Assembly (NCBI GenBank): GCA_907165135.1
Contig: OU015568.1
Location: 11,780,001-11,844,000 of the forward strand
DNA length: 64,000 nucleotides
Origin: Oikopleura dioica
Taxonomy: Eukaryota > Animalia > Chordata
Reading direction: 5' to 3'
The notes beneath the pieces are model-generated. The model was not told the origin of the DNA. It saw nothing but the letters and a program-made list of their open reading frames with translations, and searched no databases. This document shows positions 23,272 through 36,500 of the stretch, one piece after another (the stretch's first letter is position 1; every line of letters begins with the position of its first letter). Position numbers and translations under genes: made by a program.

Positions 23272-25671
23272 ATGAGTAACGGGAATATCAACAGTGGCAA
23301 TCAGTGGGGTCATTTGAACCCAGAAGTGCAAATTGTTCAAAAGAGAAAAAAAGTACAAGAAAGATTTTAATCGGTAAATAAGCGTAACTTCAGGACAACC
23401 GCCTCGGTCTTCTGGAAACAAAATCGTCTTCCTCAGAAGATGAAGACTCCGATCAGGAAATCAAAGACAGTGGGATGCAATCAAAAATGCTCAATTTCAT
23501 GAAAGAGCTTCAAAAAGCCGAGGAAGAGAAAGATAAACGCGAGGAGGAAAAGGCCCGAAGAAAAGAAGAACGAGAAAAGGCGAAAATTGAACCGAGTAAG
23601 AAATAAGTTTATCATTTTACGAGCGTAAATCAATTTAACAATGGAGAATTCCGAATTTTATTCAACTTTAGATCGATGGGGGCCGTGGATTGAATTCTTT
23701 GACGAGAGTACCCAGCATCCGTATTTTTACAACGAGAAAACTAAAGAAACTGTATGGGAGCTCTCACAGGAAACGAAAGAGATTTATATAAGAGAAAAGG
23801 AAGAAAAATTGAAGAAGATCGAAAAGGAAAATCAGAAAAAGATTGAAAAAGAAGAGAATAAGAGGGAAGAATGTAAGTTTTTAAAGATTCATTTCATCTA
23901 TCTAATTATTTCATAATAAAGAATCTAAAAATTTTTAGCGAGAACGTCAAAAAGCCGTTCCCGGTCACGATCGCGTTCTCACTCAAGAACCAGATCACCA
24001 GCTCGCCGAACTCGATCTCGATCAAAGTCACCTTCTCAAGAAAGGTCAGTTGATGTAGAAAATGTTTGCAATTTTTTAATTTTCAGGAAACGCGCGAAAA
24101 AAAGAAGCCCGAGCCCATCAAAACTCCGCAAACTTGAAAAGGTGAGAATCTTGATGATGCTCGATCATCTGCTGATCACGTGACTTGGATTATAATTCAA
24201 ATACATGGGCTTGTGGACCCTTAACCATTCAGTACTGAAGATCAGTCTCACTCTGCTCCAGATCACGGCTAAAAATGGTAAGTTGAGCTGATGAACTTGT
24301 AGTTTTAGAGGTTATTTTACGTGACATGACGTAAGACTCTGTCAATAGGAATTTTGTAGCTTCGGATCAGCGACCTTTGGACCGAGATATTCGAAAAATC
24401 GAAGTTCAATTTATCCAGCTACAGACTGTATCTCTAGATCGCGAAATTCGTAATAATTCTGCGCTTTTCAGTAAACATAAATTATTCTTGAAACCATTAA
24501 GAGAACCCTACCTAACGAAAATTTCAGAATCCACGAAAATTCTTCGCTGAAGGAGGTAAACCTACAAAACAACCATCAATTTAAAAATTCTATATACAAC
24601 CACAAAGAAAAATAAGTCACTTGAAAGATCTTGAGTAGGGTTTTTAGGATTTGGAGGCACGAACGAAAATCGCAATCGACAAGCTCAAATATTTCAAGTT
24701 TGACAACCAAAAGAACCTTCACTCACTTCAACTTGCTTTTATCCAGCTTCAAGCTCGACTAGAGGATTTTGAGGCTGGAAAACTAGATGCTTTTTATTTT
24801 CAAAAGAAAGTCAAAGGTTGCTTCTTCCTATCCTTAGTTCAGATTTGTAATCACCTCTTTAGAGCATGAGAATGCAATTTCCCGTTTCGAAGAGACCGCC
24901 GCGCCAAGTGGTCACTCTCTTCTCTGGGATACGACTGACCAAACTTATGGCTACGTTAACAATTTTTCTGGGGAGGTGACATTTTCCTACCCGTCTTTAA
25001 AACCGTCTGAAAAAACGTCTGGAACACCCACGCGCGTTTACAAGTCGTCGAAAAGCTCCAAATCTGACAGCACCCCTTGGAAATATGGCGAAGATGGGTC
25101 CGTTAGCGGAGTCCTTGGTGGTGGAAAGAAGCGAACCCCCCTCGAGGCTTATCAGAAAAGCCAGACAGACATCTTGAAAGACCAGGTTTACGCGGAGAAA
25201 GCTCAGCGTCTTCGGGCAGACGAGGAGGTTAAAAGCACAAGGCCAAAACAAAATGAAATGAACGACAGACGCCTCGCGAGACTTGGCATCAAAATCGACG
25301 CGTCACCAGAAAAGAAGTCCGAAGATGTTATTTTCACGCCGAAATTTAATGAAAAGACAAGAGAGAATAAAAAGGTTGTTTCAGAAAAGTTATCCAAGGT
25401 AGCTGGGGATGAAAAAGAAGATAAAGGAAACTGCTCCGATGATGCAATGTTGATCAGCGACGAAGAAGAGGTTCAACCGCAGGAAAAACGCAAGAAACGT
25501 AGAAAGAAAGAAAAGACCGTAAAATCGAAGCCTTCGGACTCGAAGGTAATGAGTGAAGGGTACAAGATTCAATTCTACTCCCTAATTCAGAAACAAAATC
25601 ACTTGTTGGACAAGTGGCGGCAGCGCAAAGAAGAGGAACAAACAAATCTCTGGGATCAGCTCGGAATTTAA
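23272..25671 (+). CDS. FNBP4: Formin-binding protein 4-like (two WW domains, RS tract)
   Basis: WW1 is WGPWIEFFDESTQHPYFYNEKTKETVWEL. The FNBP4-type block KLKYFKF…LQARLEDFEAGKLDAFYFQKKVK precedes WW2 (APSGHSLLWDTTDQTYGYVNNFSGEVTFSYP). C-terminus LLDKWRQRKEE. Exons at 24140-24520 are unresolved. Confidence 0.75.
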
Positions 25672-25835
25672 GTTTTATTATTCGCACTTTCTTTGCCTGT
25701 TTTAGGACCTGTCTACTTTCTGTGTGTTTTGACTAAATCTAGTGGTCAAGAAACAATTAGTATCTTTCAATTTTTCAGATCGGGCGAAAAATCTTGGGCG
25801 TGGTTTCGTTCAGTTATCGTTTTGCTGTTTAAAAG

Positions 25836-28641
25836 ATGGCGGAGGCTCACTCTGCCGTTGGATTCCAATTTACCGTCACTCCGGATGGAATCGACGTCGA
25901 CTTCAATCGCAACGCCTTCAAGGCCGTTGTCCAGTCCGGTGGCCGTTCCTGGCGCAAACGTCTGGTTCGATTTGTCAACCGATTCGGTTCTGGCGTCTAC
26001 CCTGCGCGGTTGGAAACCATTGCCGGCGCAGTAGTGGCGTTTATCATCGTCGACAAGACTACGGATCTTGACCTCGATCGGGGAGCAATCAAGGCGATTG
26101 AGAGTGTCCTGCCTTCTGTTTTTAATATCGGTGGAAAGTACTTCACAGCTTCGTGTGTTTTTGCTGGTGGAGTTTTTACGATTCTCATCTATGTTGTCAG
26201 GTAGGATCTATGATTCATGAATTTTATCCAAGCAATCATTCAGGTACATCCTCAAAGGTTGTTTTTCATACCACGGTTGGATGTTCGAAGGGCGCGGAAA
26301 GAAATCAATTACAACAAGAATCTGGGGCATCTTGGTCACGATCTTCAAGGGCCGTAATCCCCTTCTTTATTCTTACCAAGGGTCTCTTCCAAAACTCCCT
26401 GTTCCAGCAATCAAGGACACGCTCAACCGATACCTTCGATCTGTTCGGCCACTTTTGACCGATGAAGAATACGAAGACATGGCCTTGCTTGCTGAAGAGT
26501 TCCAAATGGAATCGCCAACCGTCTTCAGCGATACCTTGTCGCCAAGTCCTGGTGGGCCTCGAATTATGTCTCTGATTGGTGGGAAGAATTCGTTTACCTG
26601 CATTCGCGAGATGCTATCATGGTCAATTCTAATTTCTACGCCATGGATTTGGCTCTCTGCAGACCAACGGACAGGCAAACCGCACGAGCTGCTACACTCA
26701 TCCAAGGTAACAAATCGATGTGTTCATTCACTTATTATTTTAGCTTGTTTCCGATGGCGCTCACAACTGGATAAAGAACGAGTCAAGCCTCTGATGGCCG
26801 GAAACATGGTTCCACTTTGTTCTTACCAGTACGAGCGAACATTCAACACCACCCGAATTCCCGGTATCGACAAGGATAAAATTGTGAAGCTCGAGGACTC
26901 TCGACACGTAGCTGTTTACCACAAAGGTCGATGGTTTAAGGTCTATTGCTACTACGCAGGACGACTTTTGACTACTTCTGAAATAGAACATCAGCTTGAT
27001 TTGATTTTGAAGGATGACACTCCTCCTGCTCGGTAAGAGACTTTTTTCAAACACTATCGCTCATAATAATTTAGAGGAGAGGAAGATTTGGCATGTCTTA
27101 CCGCTGGAAAACGGGTTCCCTGGGCTCAAGCACGACAAACACATTTTTCGGTAATTTAGGCGCGACGTCATAATTCTCTTGACCTTTCTTCGTAGTATGG
27201 TGTCAACGCCAAGAGTCTCAAAGCAATTGAATCATCCGCATTCTGTGTTTGTCTGGATGAAGGCACTCCTAAAATTGATGTAAGCTCTCCCTTTATCAAG
27301 TCGCGTTTTAGCTATTATTTCTAGCTTCAAGATAAAGCCGCTCTTTCAAGCTATGCGAAGGATCTTCTTCATGGAAAAACTAACGATCGATGGTTCGATA
27401 AGACCTTTACACTTGTCGTTTTCAAGAACGGTATCTACGGTGCCAATGTTGAGCACTCGTGGGCTGATGCGCCGATCTTCGGACATCTGTGCGAGGAAAT
27501 GTTTTATCATGAGTTCGCTCGACGGTCAGTAGAATTTCGTCTTGAATCGCTTCCAAAGATATTTCTAGACGATACAAAGAAGACGGTACTTGCGACGCCG
27601 ATCGCGCTCATCTCCCATTCAAGCCCGAAAAACTCACCTGGGAAATCGACGAAGATTGCTACGAAATCATTCAGAAACAAAAGATCCAAGCTCAAGGAAT
27701 TGCTGATGACGTTGACATGCACATTCATCCATTCGGAAAATACCACGGCGCACCTGGAACCTTTGGCAAGCGCCTGATCAAATCCTGTGGCGTTTCTCCA
27801 GGTTACTTACCCTTTCAAAGTTTAGCCACTGAAATGTTACTCTTAGACGCGTTTGTTCAACTTGCCCTCCAACTGGCTAATTACCGTGATCAAGGAAAAT
27901 TCTCTCTTACTTATGAAGCTTCAATGACTCGACTTTACCGCGAAGGACGAACTGAAACCGTCAGAAGTTGCACCAACGAGACGTCTGCTTTTGTAAAGGC
28001 CATGGAAGAAGGAGCTGACAAGGAAACTCTCAGAGGACTTGCCCGAGCCGCCGCTAAGTACCACGTCAGCCTCTACCAGGTGAGAAGTCGTATTGATTAT
28101 TGTGTAACTAAAATAATCCCGTATATTCATAATCAATTAACGATTCAAGGCAAACACCTAAAAGGCAAAATAAAACTTGTGACGATTTCCGGAGCAGGAA
28201 TATAAAAAATTATTAGGCCGCGATGACGGGTAAGGGAGTCGACCGACACTTATTCACGCTCTACGTGGTATCTCGGTATCTCGGCCTGGAGTCGAAGTTT
28301 TTGGACACCGCGCTTACCCAGAAATGGCGACTCTCTACGTCACAGACGCCTCACTCCCAGGCTAATCTGATTGACTTCAAGAAGCACCCGGATATGCTCT
28401 CAACTGGTGGCGGATTTGGTCCAGTTTCTGATGATGGCTACGGTGTTTCCTACATTATTTGTGACGAGGATCTTATTATGTTCCATGTAAGCCATTTGAA
28501 ATTGAATTAAAAGCAGTCATTTTAATAATTTTCTTTTAGATTTCTTCTAAGCACTCTTGTGCCCATACCAACAGTGCTCGTTTCGGTGCTAACATAGAAA
28601 AAGCCATGCTAGATGTTGCCGCAGTCTTTGCCGACAAATAA
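25836..28641 (+). CDS. CPT1: Carnitine O-palmitoyltransferase 1 (one apparent 1-nt frameshift at 26504-26506)
   Basis: [42 protein letters not shown] (shifted frame), RWFDK, catalytic [39 protein letters not shown] and [15 protein letters not shown]. Confidence 0.95.
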
Positions 28642-30597
28642 TTTATTTCGAACCCTTCTCACACAGTTGCGATGCTTCTACTGAAACGTTCACGGCCGCT
28701 CAACAACAGAAACATGTTACCTTCATTCAAAAAAATTCTTTCTTTCAAAAAGTAAAATGATGATTCATAGAACTTGAAAGTTCAAAATTTCCATTTGCTG
28801 ATGTTGCTACAGTATAACAATAAATAAATAAGACATTATAAAGTGTAAAGAGATTATTTATTTTGCGCGCTTAGAAAAAAGTGCTCAAAATATCAGTCCA
28901 GTCGCGACCGTTTGCGTGAGGTTCTTCGGTTGTTGGCGATCGTACTTGTTTTCAAGAGTTAGCAGGCTTTATGATTTCATAATGAGATGAATAATAGTCG
29001 AGAGAGTAGTAAAAACAAGGCTTAATTGAGGGTACTAAAACTATGCCAGGTCCTCAAGACTTGCAACTCTTTCCCTTCAAGATGTCTTGATAAATTGATG
29101 GGTTCCGGGTAGCCCAGGAAACTCATCAATTCTCGATCCCGTTGGTTGTGGTTTCTGAAGATTTTGAACTCATTTTACATTTACTATTATCGTTAACTCT
29201 AAAGTTTAGAGTCTAAATTTGCAATCATCGTGAGAATAGCAATAAAAAAGCATATTTCATAAAAGTCAGCTTCTCAGTGAAAATTTATGATCATCTTGTC
29301 TAATTTTCTCGCCTATAACACTTACATTGCGGGGCTAGCAAAGACTGGCGATGCAGCGCAAATCGCAAAAAGAACATCGAAAATGTTCATCGTTTTCTAC
29401 AATTTTAGTATGAAGTATTAGTATGATGATCAGGGGCTTTTATAATGTTTGTAAGATCATCAATTTCTTAATATTTAATCATTTTTTTCACCCTGTTGAA
29501 TAAGTGCATGATCTATGATTTTTATATCAGTGTATTGGTGCTAATGGATTATGCTTATTCAAATAGAGCTGAAGATGATTAGAATCAGTCAAAATTGACA
29601 TGACGGGTAATATTGATCATTTTTGTCTTGAGAAATCATTTCTTCAATTTAAATTTAGATTACTGTAGCAAATATTGCTCAGATAGCATTAAAATCGACC
29701 AACTGTGGTCAGATGAGCTTCTTCATTGAATTTGATGTTGGCGAAACAAAGAATCAGCTCGGATTAAATATAATTTTCGTTCATTATTTTTTGAAAGAAA
29801 TCACCGACGCACACAACCACAAACAATCGTCACCACAGATTTTCAGCTCACAAAATCTCTTCTCATTGTTAGAATATGATCTGACTCGTTGGGTAGCAAG
29901 ATTTGCAGGGCAAAATTCTTGTTCAGGCGAACACGAAACTGTCTATTCTGTCTTTACGGCTATTATTTACGGAGTTGACTTAGGTTTCAGACAGTAATCC
30001 GACCGGCATGATTAATGTTGTCCTTTTTACGTTCTCAGCCGCAGGGATCACCATAAAAGGGTAAAAAGGATTAGCCAGCCCTTCTCGTTAAAATGATCGT
30101 GCAGGTCTCAGGAGTTGAGCTTTTGAATTTGATCCTCATAAACCCTTTTTTATAATAATCTGTAAGAATTCTAAAAGAATTGATCTGAAGGAGAAAACTG
30201 ATTTATCGTTTTATTCATTTTTAAAGAAACAGTTTTATTGTACTCCTCCATCAAATTCGAGTTCAAGTTATTTGAATTAATAAACTTGTCAAAAGGCTTT
30301 TCAGGAAACATGAACGAGGTCAAATACGATTAAATTCTCCGAAGTTTCTGGGGAAAGCGTAATAGGCTCAAAACGCTTAGTGCTTCAAAAATTAAATGCG
30401 GCATGTGCCATTTGGGTCGAGTTTACTAGGCTTGTTTTACTACCATCTCAAACTTTACGGGCTCATTGTCGCAGCGCTTCCGTCATTTAGCCAGAGCCTT
30501 TCGGTCCTGCTAACTGGCTTACAAAGATCCCTAAGATCGACGAGAGAACACCAGAGCTCTGTATCGAGAATAGAGATCCAAGAAGAATGCGATCAGC

Positions 30598-33500
30598 ATG
30601 AAGCGACGATTAGGATTATTGCTATTTCTGAAGCTCTTCGGAGCTGCAGGAATGTGTACCAGAAAAATAATTTTCTCCTATTCTCTAATTTATTTTTAAT
30701 AATTAAACTATTTTAGTTTTAGATTCAAAGAAATATTAGCGTTTGATTTCATTTAAAAGCGGTTGATTTCATTTAAAAGCGGTTGATTTCATTTAAAAGC
30801 GGTTGATTTCATTTAAAAGTAATGAAGAAAGAGCTTTAGGTGATCATAAAATCCGAAAATATCCCGGAATATTAATTGATGGATCACCTTACTTAATGGT
30901 AGATCGATATGTCCTTTTTTCTTGACACAAATACAGAATCAAATACTTACGAATTCCCGGTTGAATTCGTCGTCGACGGACGAAATTATAAGGTTTACGA
31001 GGATCCAACCAATTTTGAAGAAGCCAAGCAAAAATGTGAAGACAATGACGGCCGGGTCCTTCCACTTGATTTGAAGGATAAGGTCGGCTCTCGTCTCCAC
31101 ATTGTCAAAATCGGAGAACGAATCTGGGAATTGACAAATCGTGACTACGACGATATAGATGTTTGGCTGCCCCAGTGTTTGAAAAAACCCGCCCGCGAAT
31201 CCCGCGGGGGCCGCGGGCGGGGGCCACGGGCGCCCGCGCCCCCCGTACCCGCAAGAAATCTCGGATTTGGCCCCCGCGCCCGCCCGCGCCCGTTGGAAAT
31301 TTAAGATCTGGCCCCCGCGCCCTCCCGCGCCCGTGAAAAATTTTTTCGCGCCCGCGGGCGCCCGGGGCTCCCTATAATTTGAATGAAGATAGTTCTGAAT
31401 GTTGGGTTTTCCAATAAAGAAAGGACATAAAGTAGGAAACATGAATCGGGTTGCGCTGGTAGACTTTGGGCCATAAGACTTGGAAACAACGTGTCTCAGA
31501 TGAATTACCATAAGAATTTTTTGGCCGAAAAAAATTTTTTTGAGATAAGATTATATTCTGAAAGCCCAAGTCAAAATTAGTCGATTCCCAAATTTCTAGG
31601 GCTCAATGACGACATTATGACGTCATTTATGATGAATAAATGTCCGAAAAGGCTCCAAATTCATGAAAATTTGGAACGCTTTTTGAGGCGGTTTTTGCTG
31701 GAAATAGATTTTTCTATTGATGACATGTTGTTCGCTATCAAAAACTACGTAGGGACCCGAGTTTTATTTTTCGAACCGACCGGTTTCAAAAATTGAACCG
31801 GTCGGTAATGGTTGATATTCAATGGTTTGATCACGGGTCCCTACGTAGTTTTTCATGGAAAATCCAAATCCGTCGAGAAAAATAAAATTAAATAACGTTT
31901 TCGGCTCGAAAAAGCGTTCCAAAGACAAAATTTTCAATTCAGCCCGATGACGTCATAATGACGTCATCTGACCCTAGAATTTGGTGATTCTGTATAACTT
32001 TTATCGGGCTTTCAGAATATACCAATATCTCAAAAAAAATTTTTTTGCCCGAAAAATTCTTATGGTAATTCATCCTCAGCCCTGTTCCATGATTTTTGAA
32101 TTTAAGGGGCTTGACGGCCCTTCGGGCCGTCTCAGCCCTGTTCCATGATTTTTTAATTTAAGGGGCTTGACGGCCCTTCGGGCCGTCTCAGCCCTGTTCC
32201 ATGATTTTTTAATTGAAGGGGCTTGACGGCCCTTCGGGCCGTCTCAGCCCTGTTCCATGATTTTTGAATTTAAGGGGCTTGACGGCCCTTCGGGCCGTCT
32301 CAGCCCTGTTCCATGATTTTTGAATTTAAGGGGCTTGACGGCCCTTCGGGCCGTCTCGGCCCTGTTCCATGATTTTTGAATTTAAGGGGCTTGACAATGG
32401 CTGGGAACTCTGAGTTGATCAATCTCAGTTTTGTCCCCAACCCCACCCTCACCCATCTTTTGAAAAATTCTTATTATCTTAGTTTTTAGATTAATAATGG
32501 TTTTGATTTTAAATTTTGAGAATATTTTTTTATTTAATTTGCTTAAATATTTTTCGTTAAATTCCCGGGTTCTGCGGGCGCGAGGGGTACGGGCGCCCCT
32601 GGCCCCCTGGGCGCCCGCGGGTCCGATAATTTGCGGGGCCCCCGCCCGCGCCCTCCCGCACCCGCATGAAATTTTCGAGTTGGCCCCCGCGCCCGCCCGC
32701 ACCCGTGGGAAATTTTCGAGTTGGCCCCCGCGCCCGCCCGCATCCGCGGAAAATTTTGAAATCGGCCCCCGCGCCCGCCCGCGCCCGCGGAAAATGTTGC
32801 GGGTTTTCAAACACTGGGCTGCCCTACAAACTAGAAGAGGTCGATAACTTTAGCGCCTTTTAAACTTGGCATGCTATAATTTCACGACTATAAGTTTTAT
32901 TGCCCACTTTGGAGCTAACTTTAATTTGAAATGCAGCCTGCTTTAACTTGGACAGCAATGAAATAACTTTTTGTCATTTTCATGACGATAATTTAAAACT
33001 TTCGGAAAAAAAAGCAAATGTGCGACAATTTTTTTGTCTTTTGGAGATATTTTTTCTTGATGACTTGTTCTGCAAATACTTTTGTTTTTGGAAGATTTAA
33101 GTTATCAACCTCAGCTCAGACCTCGAAGGCGAAAACGCCGACGAGTGGGGATATGTGTACAATAATATCTCAACCATTTCCCTGACAGAGGAACAAATCA
33201 ACTGGGCGACATGTGACCCGCCCATGGATTTTCATCAAAACCAACCTGACGGCGAAGAAAACGGACATTGCCTGACATTCGGATGGAACGAAGAGTACGA
33301 GGGCAATCAAGCCGAGTGCTCGTGGGGCGTCTTTGATAGGTTCGTAAAAATGCAGCGGCTAATAAATATTTATGGACCAGACCGGCCGTTTTGTCAAAGA
33401 TAGACACATTTTTTGCCGGATCTATCAATTTGTTTTCATTATCATGAACATAGCATCAAGTTCATTGGGTACAAATTCGTTAAACAGACATGTAAATTTA

Positions 33501-36500
33501 ATTGAACTCACGAGTAAAGTAATTACACATGTTAATCATTATTTAGCCCTTGCGTCTCATCCACCTTCAAGAAGCCTCTTACTGTTTGTATGCCCTTTGC
33601 TCAAGATAGAGTGCAATACGATGAAAACCGACTTATGCACTGCGAGTTTGCTGATTCTTTCCGAAATATCACCCTGAACATTCAAACGTCTACGTCTAAA
33701 TCTGATGATTATGAATTCCAGATTTACAATCTCAAACATACACTCAACGATGCTTTGGATTTCTGCCTCTGTAAGAACAAGTATCTGATTCCATTCGATC
33801 TGTCGAACCCTCTCTCCGCCGGGTACTTGAACATGATCGGAAACGCGCTCGACAAGGACCTTCCAGGATGTAATAGAGGCTGTGATATGGCCATGTGGCT
33901 CCCTTATCAAAACAAAGCTACTGAAAAATGGATGTTTAGCTATTTCAATGAATTCGCCGTCGAACAAGATGCGATGAGCTGGTCAAAATGTAACGACACT
34001 GTCGGAATCGATCATACGGACCAGCCATTTGGGGAAGACTCAAAATGTGTTGCGTACCATTACATGCCAGAATACAACACCACTGAAGCAGAGTGTGCCT
34101 GGGGACTGTACGATCATCGATGTTACAATGACTTTGAAAATTACTACGATTACGATTACAGACTCACTATCTGTACTGATTTGCCTCCTACCTTCTTTCT
34201 CCCACCAAACTGCCAACCGAAAAAGGATACTGTCGTGCACAGGGTACGTCGAAATCGTATTTTCTTTTTATCTTTCATCTATAAATTGATTACAAATTAA
34301 TGATTCAAAAGGGTCGTTAACTAACGCGGTACTTTAGGAGATCCGCATTACCACACGTACGACGGCGCTCGATACGATTTTATGGGCACCTGTCGATACC
34401 TGCTTACTGCGGCAAAACTGGACACCGATTATGCAAACCTTCCTCCCTTCAAGGTTGAAACTAAACATCGACAAGCTTGGGCTCCACGAGTCACTGTTGC
34501 TATGACTGAACATGTTTGGATCACCTTCCCAGGCGCAAATTTCCCAACAGTCGTCTCTGATATTTATGCAAATAATGGAACAATGACCGACACTGACTGG
34601 GAAGCCGATTGGGAGATCTACTTGTTCATTGCAGATCCTCCACAAGGTTCTGGAAGACCATCACAAGTTGACATGACGATTATGAATCTGAATACCAATG
34701 AGACTTTCCATGTCGGAGAGATGAAGAATTCCGACTTTGAGATTCTCAACGTTGGTAATAAAATTTACTTGAAAGCATGGTTCGGCCTCGAGGTCACTTA
34801 CACTGCCGATCAATGGAAAGTAGAAGTAGAAATTCCTTCCTGCTATGGACAGCGTATGTATGGTCTTTGTGGTAATTTTGACGGAGAACATTCTAACGAT
34901 TGGATATCTGGGGAGAATATGCACCTTGTGGACTATACTGATACTTCTGCTGTTATGCCTTTTACCACTGTTCAAGAGCAAGTCGATTGGGCTCAGACCT
35001 GGGCGACCGTTGAAGAAGACGGTTGCAGTGCTGGCGACCCCCTTGAAAAGTGTGATGCTGAAGACGTCAAAGATAAGTGCTCGCCGATCATCGAGGGCAA
35101 CCGATTTTCTGATTGCCGCGTCTACGTTACCGAATCACTTACCAATCATTTTTACGATGATTGCGTGTTTGATGTGTGCATCGACCGTGAATTGCGATGT
35201 GACATGATTGGACAATTCGTCGACACTTGTCTTGCCGTAATTCCATCTTTCCAGCTTTCATACGGTCTTTGTAATTGGGCGAACGCTTTGGACTGTGCCC
35301 CAGAGTGCCCAGCTAACTCGGCATGGTCGGGTTGTGCTGACATTTGTCGAGATGTCAAAACCTGTGGTAACAAAGATGAAAACGTCGACGAACGTTGTCT
35401 GGACACCCCTAGCTACACTGGTGCATGCATTTGTAACAGTGGATATGTGCTTGAAGGAGGCGTTTGCGTCCCAGAAAGCGAGTGCGGTTGTATTTTATCC
35501 AACGGAGCTTCAGTACCCATCGGCCATACAGAAACAGACTGCGAGCAGACTTGCGAATGCTTCTCTTACGGATACACCTGCCGAGATTTGACAACCGAGG
35601 AAAAAGTCGCCAGAGGTTGTGAGGTCAGCTGTCAAACTCTTCCCCTCCAGAAGTGCTACGGATCTGGTGATCCCCACTACCATACATTTGATGGCTTGAA
35701 TTACGATTTCATGGGACAATGTCGATATAGATTGGTTGAGACTGAACTTGAATCTCTCTCACTTTTTGATAATGTGGTTCCATTCCAAGTCGATGTTGCT
35801 ATGCGAAGAGCATGGGGAGATCGAACTGCTACAATGACGGAACATGTTTGGTTCCAGCTTTACACTGAGAGCATGAAATCAGCAATCAACGAGAATACTA
35901 CTTATCCATATGAGCTTTATATCAACGTTGCAGATCCGCCAGTGCCAACCGAGGCTAAACGGTACCCAACACTTATCAACGCGTACATCTACGACTTGGT
36001 CAACAATAACTCGATCGTGCTGGACGCTCATACAACTTGGGAGCACGACGGTATTAAATTCGAAAATTTCAACTCTTGGGCGCGCATTACGACCTGGTTC
36101 GGCGTAGAGGTCATTTATAAAACGGCGGTGTGGTATGTTGAGGTAAACGTGCCGCAATGCTACCAGACGAAGACTCTTGGCCTTTGCGGTGATTTTGATG
36201 GGCAAAAGTCAAACGAATTCATCCCATACAAAGTCAACACAACGGAAACCGTCGAAGCCAATGTCTTTGGTGATTCTCACAGAGTCGGCGATTGGGAAGG
36301 AAGTCAATGTAACGTAACAACGCCGCCTCCAGAAGAATGCGAGCCGACAGCGACGACTGAAGAGGAATGCGAACTCATCGGAAATGGTGCCTCTGTTTTT
36401 GGCCTGTGTCATCAGTATGTGGATCCTGACATAATCGTCAGTGAGTGCAAATTTGATATGTGCTTGGATAACAGTATCAAATGTGGTATCTATGAGAGCT

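Larger units (their letters stand above)
31173..32816. mobile_element. Non-autonomous hAT-type DNA transposon (1,644 bp) inserted in a C-type lectin exon
   Basis: Termini CAGTGTTTGAAAA and TTTTCAAACACTG. Exact 8-bp TSD GGCTGCCC at 31165-31172 and 32817-32824. GC-rich subterminal repeats GGCCCCCGCGCCCGCCCGC. No transposase ORF. Confidence 0.92.

Noticed and set aside
26495-26515. Programmed -1 ribosomal frameshift in CPT1
   Set aside because: No X XXY YYZ slippery site, and a second identical A-run deficit occurs at 34220, so error or mutation is simpler.
30396-30716. 106-aa ORF upstream of the lectin exon
   Set aside because: The signal-peptide exon lies in a different frame (ATG 30598); this ORF has no support.
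32075-32395. Palindromic repeat array resembling a CRISPR
   Set aside because: The sequence between hairpins is near-identical in every unit (no unique spacers), the DNA is eukaryotic, and there are no cas genes.
30939-32863. Arg/Ala/Gly/Pro-rich ORFs on both strands
   Set aside because: These are translations of GC-rich hAT subterminal repeats, with no transposase motifs.
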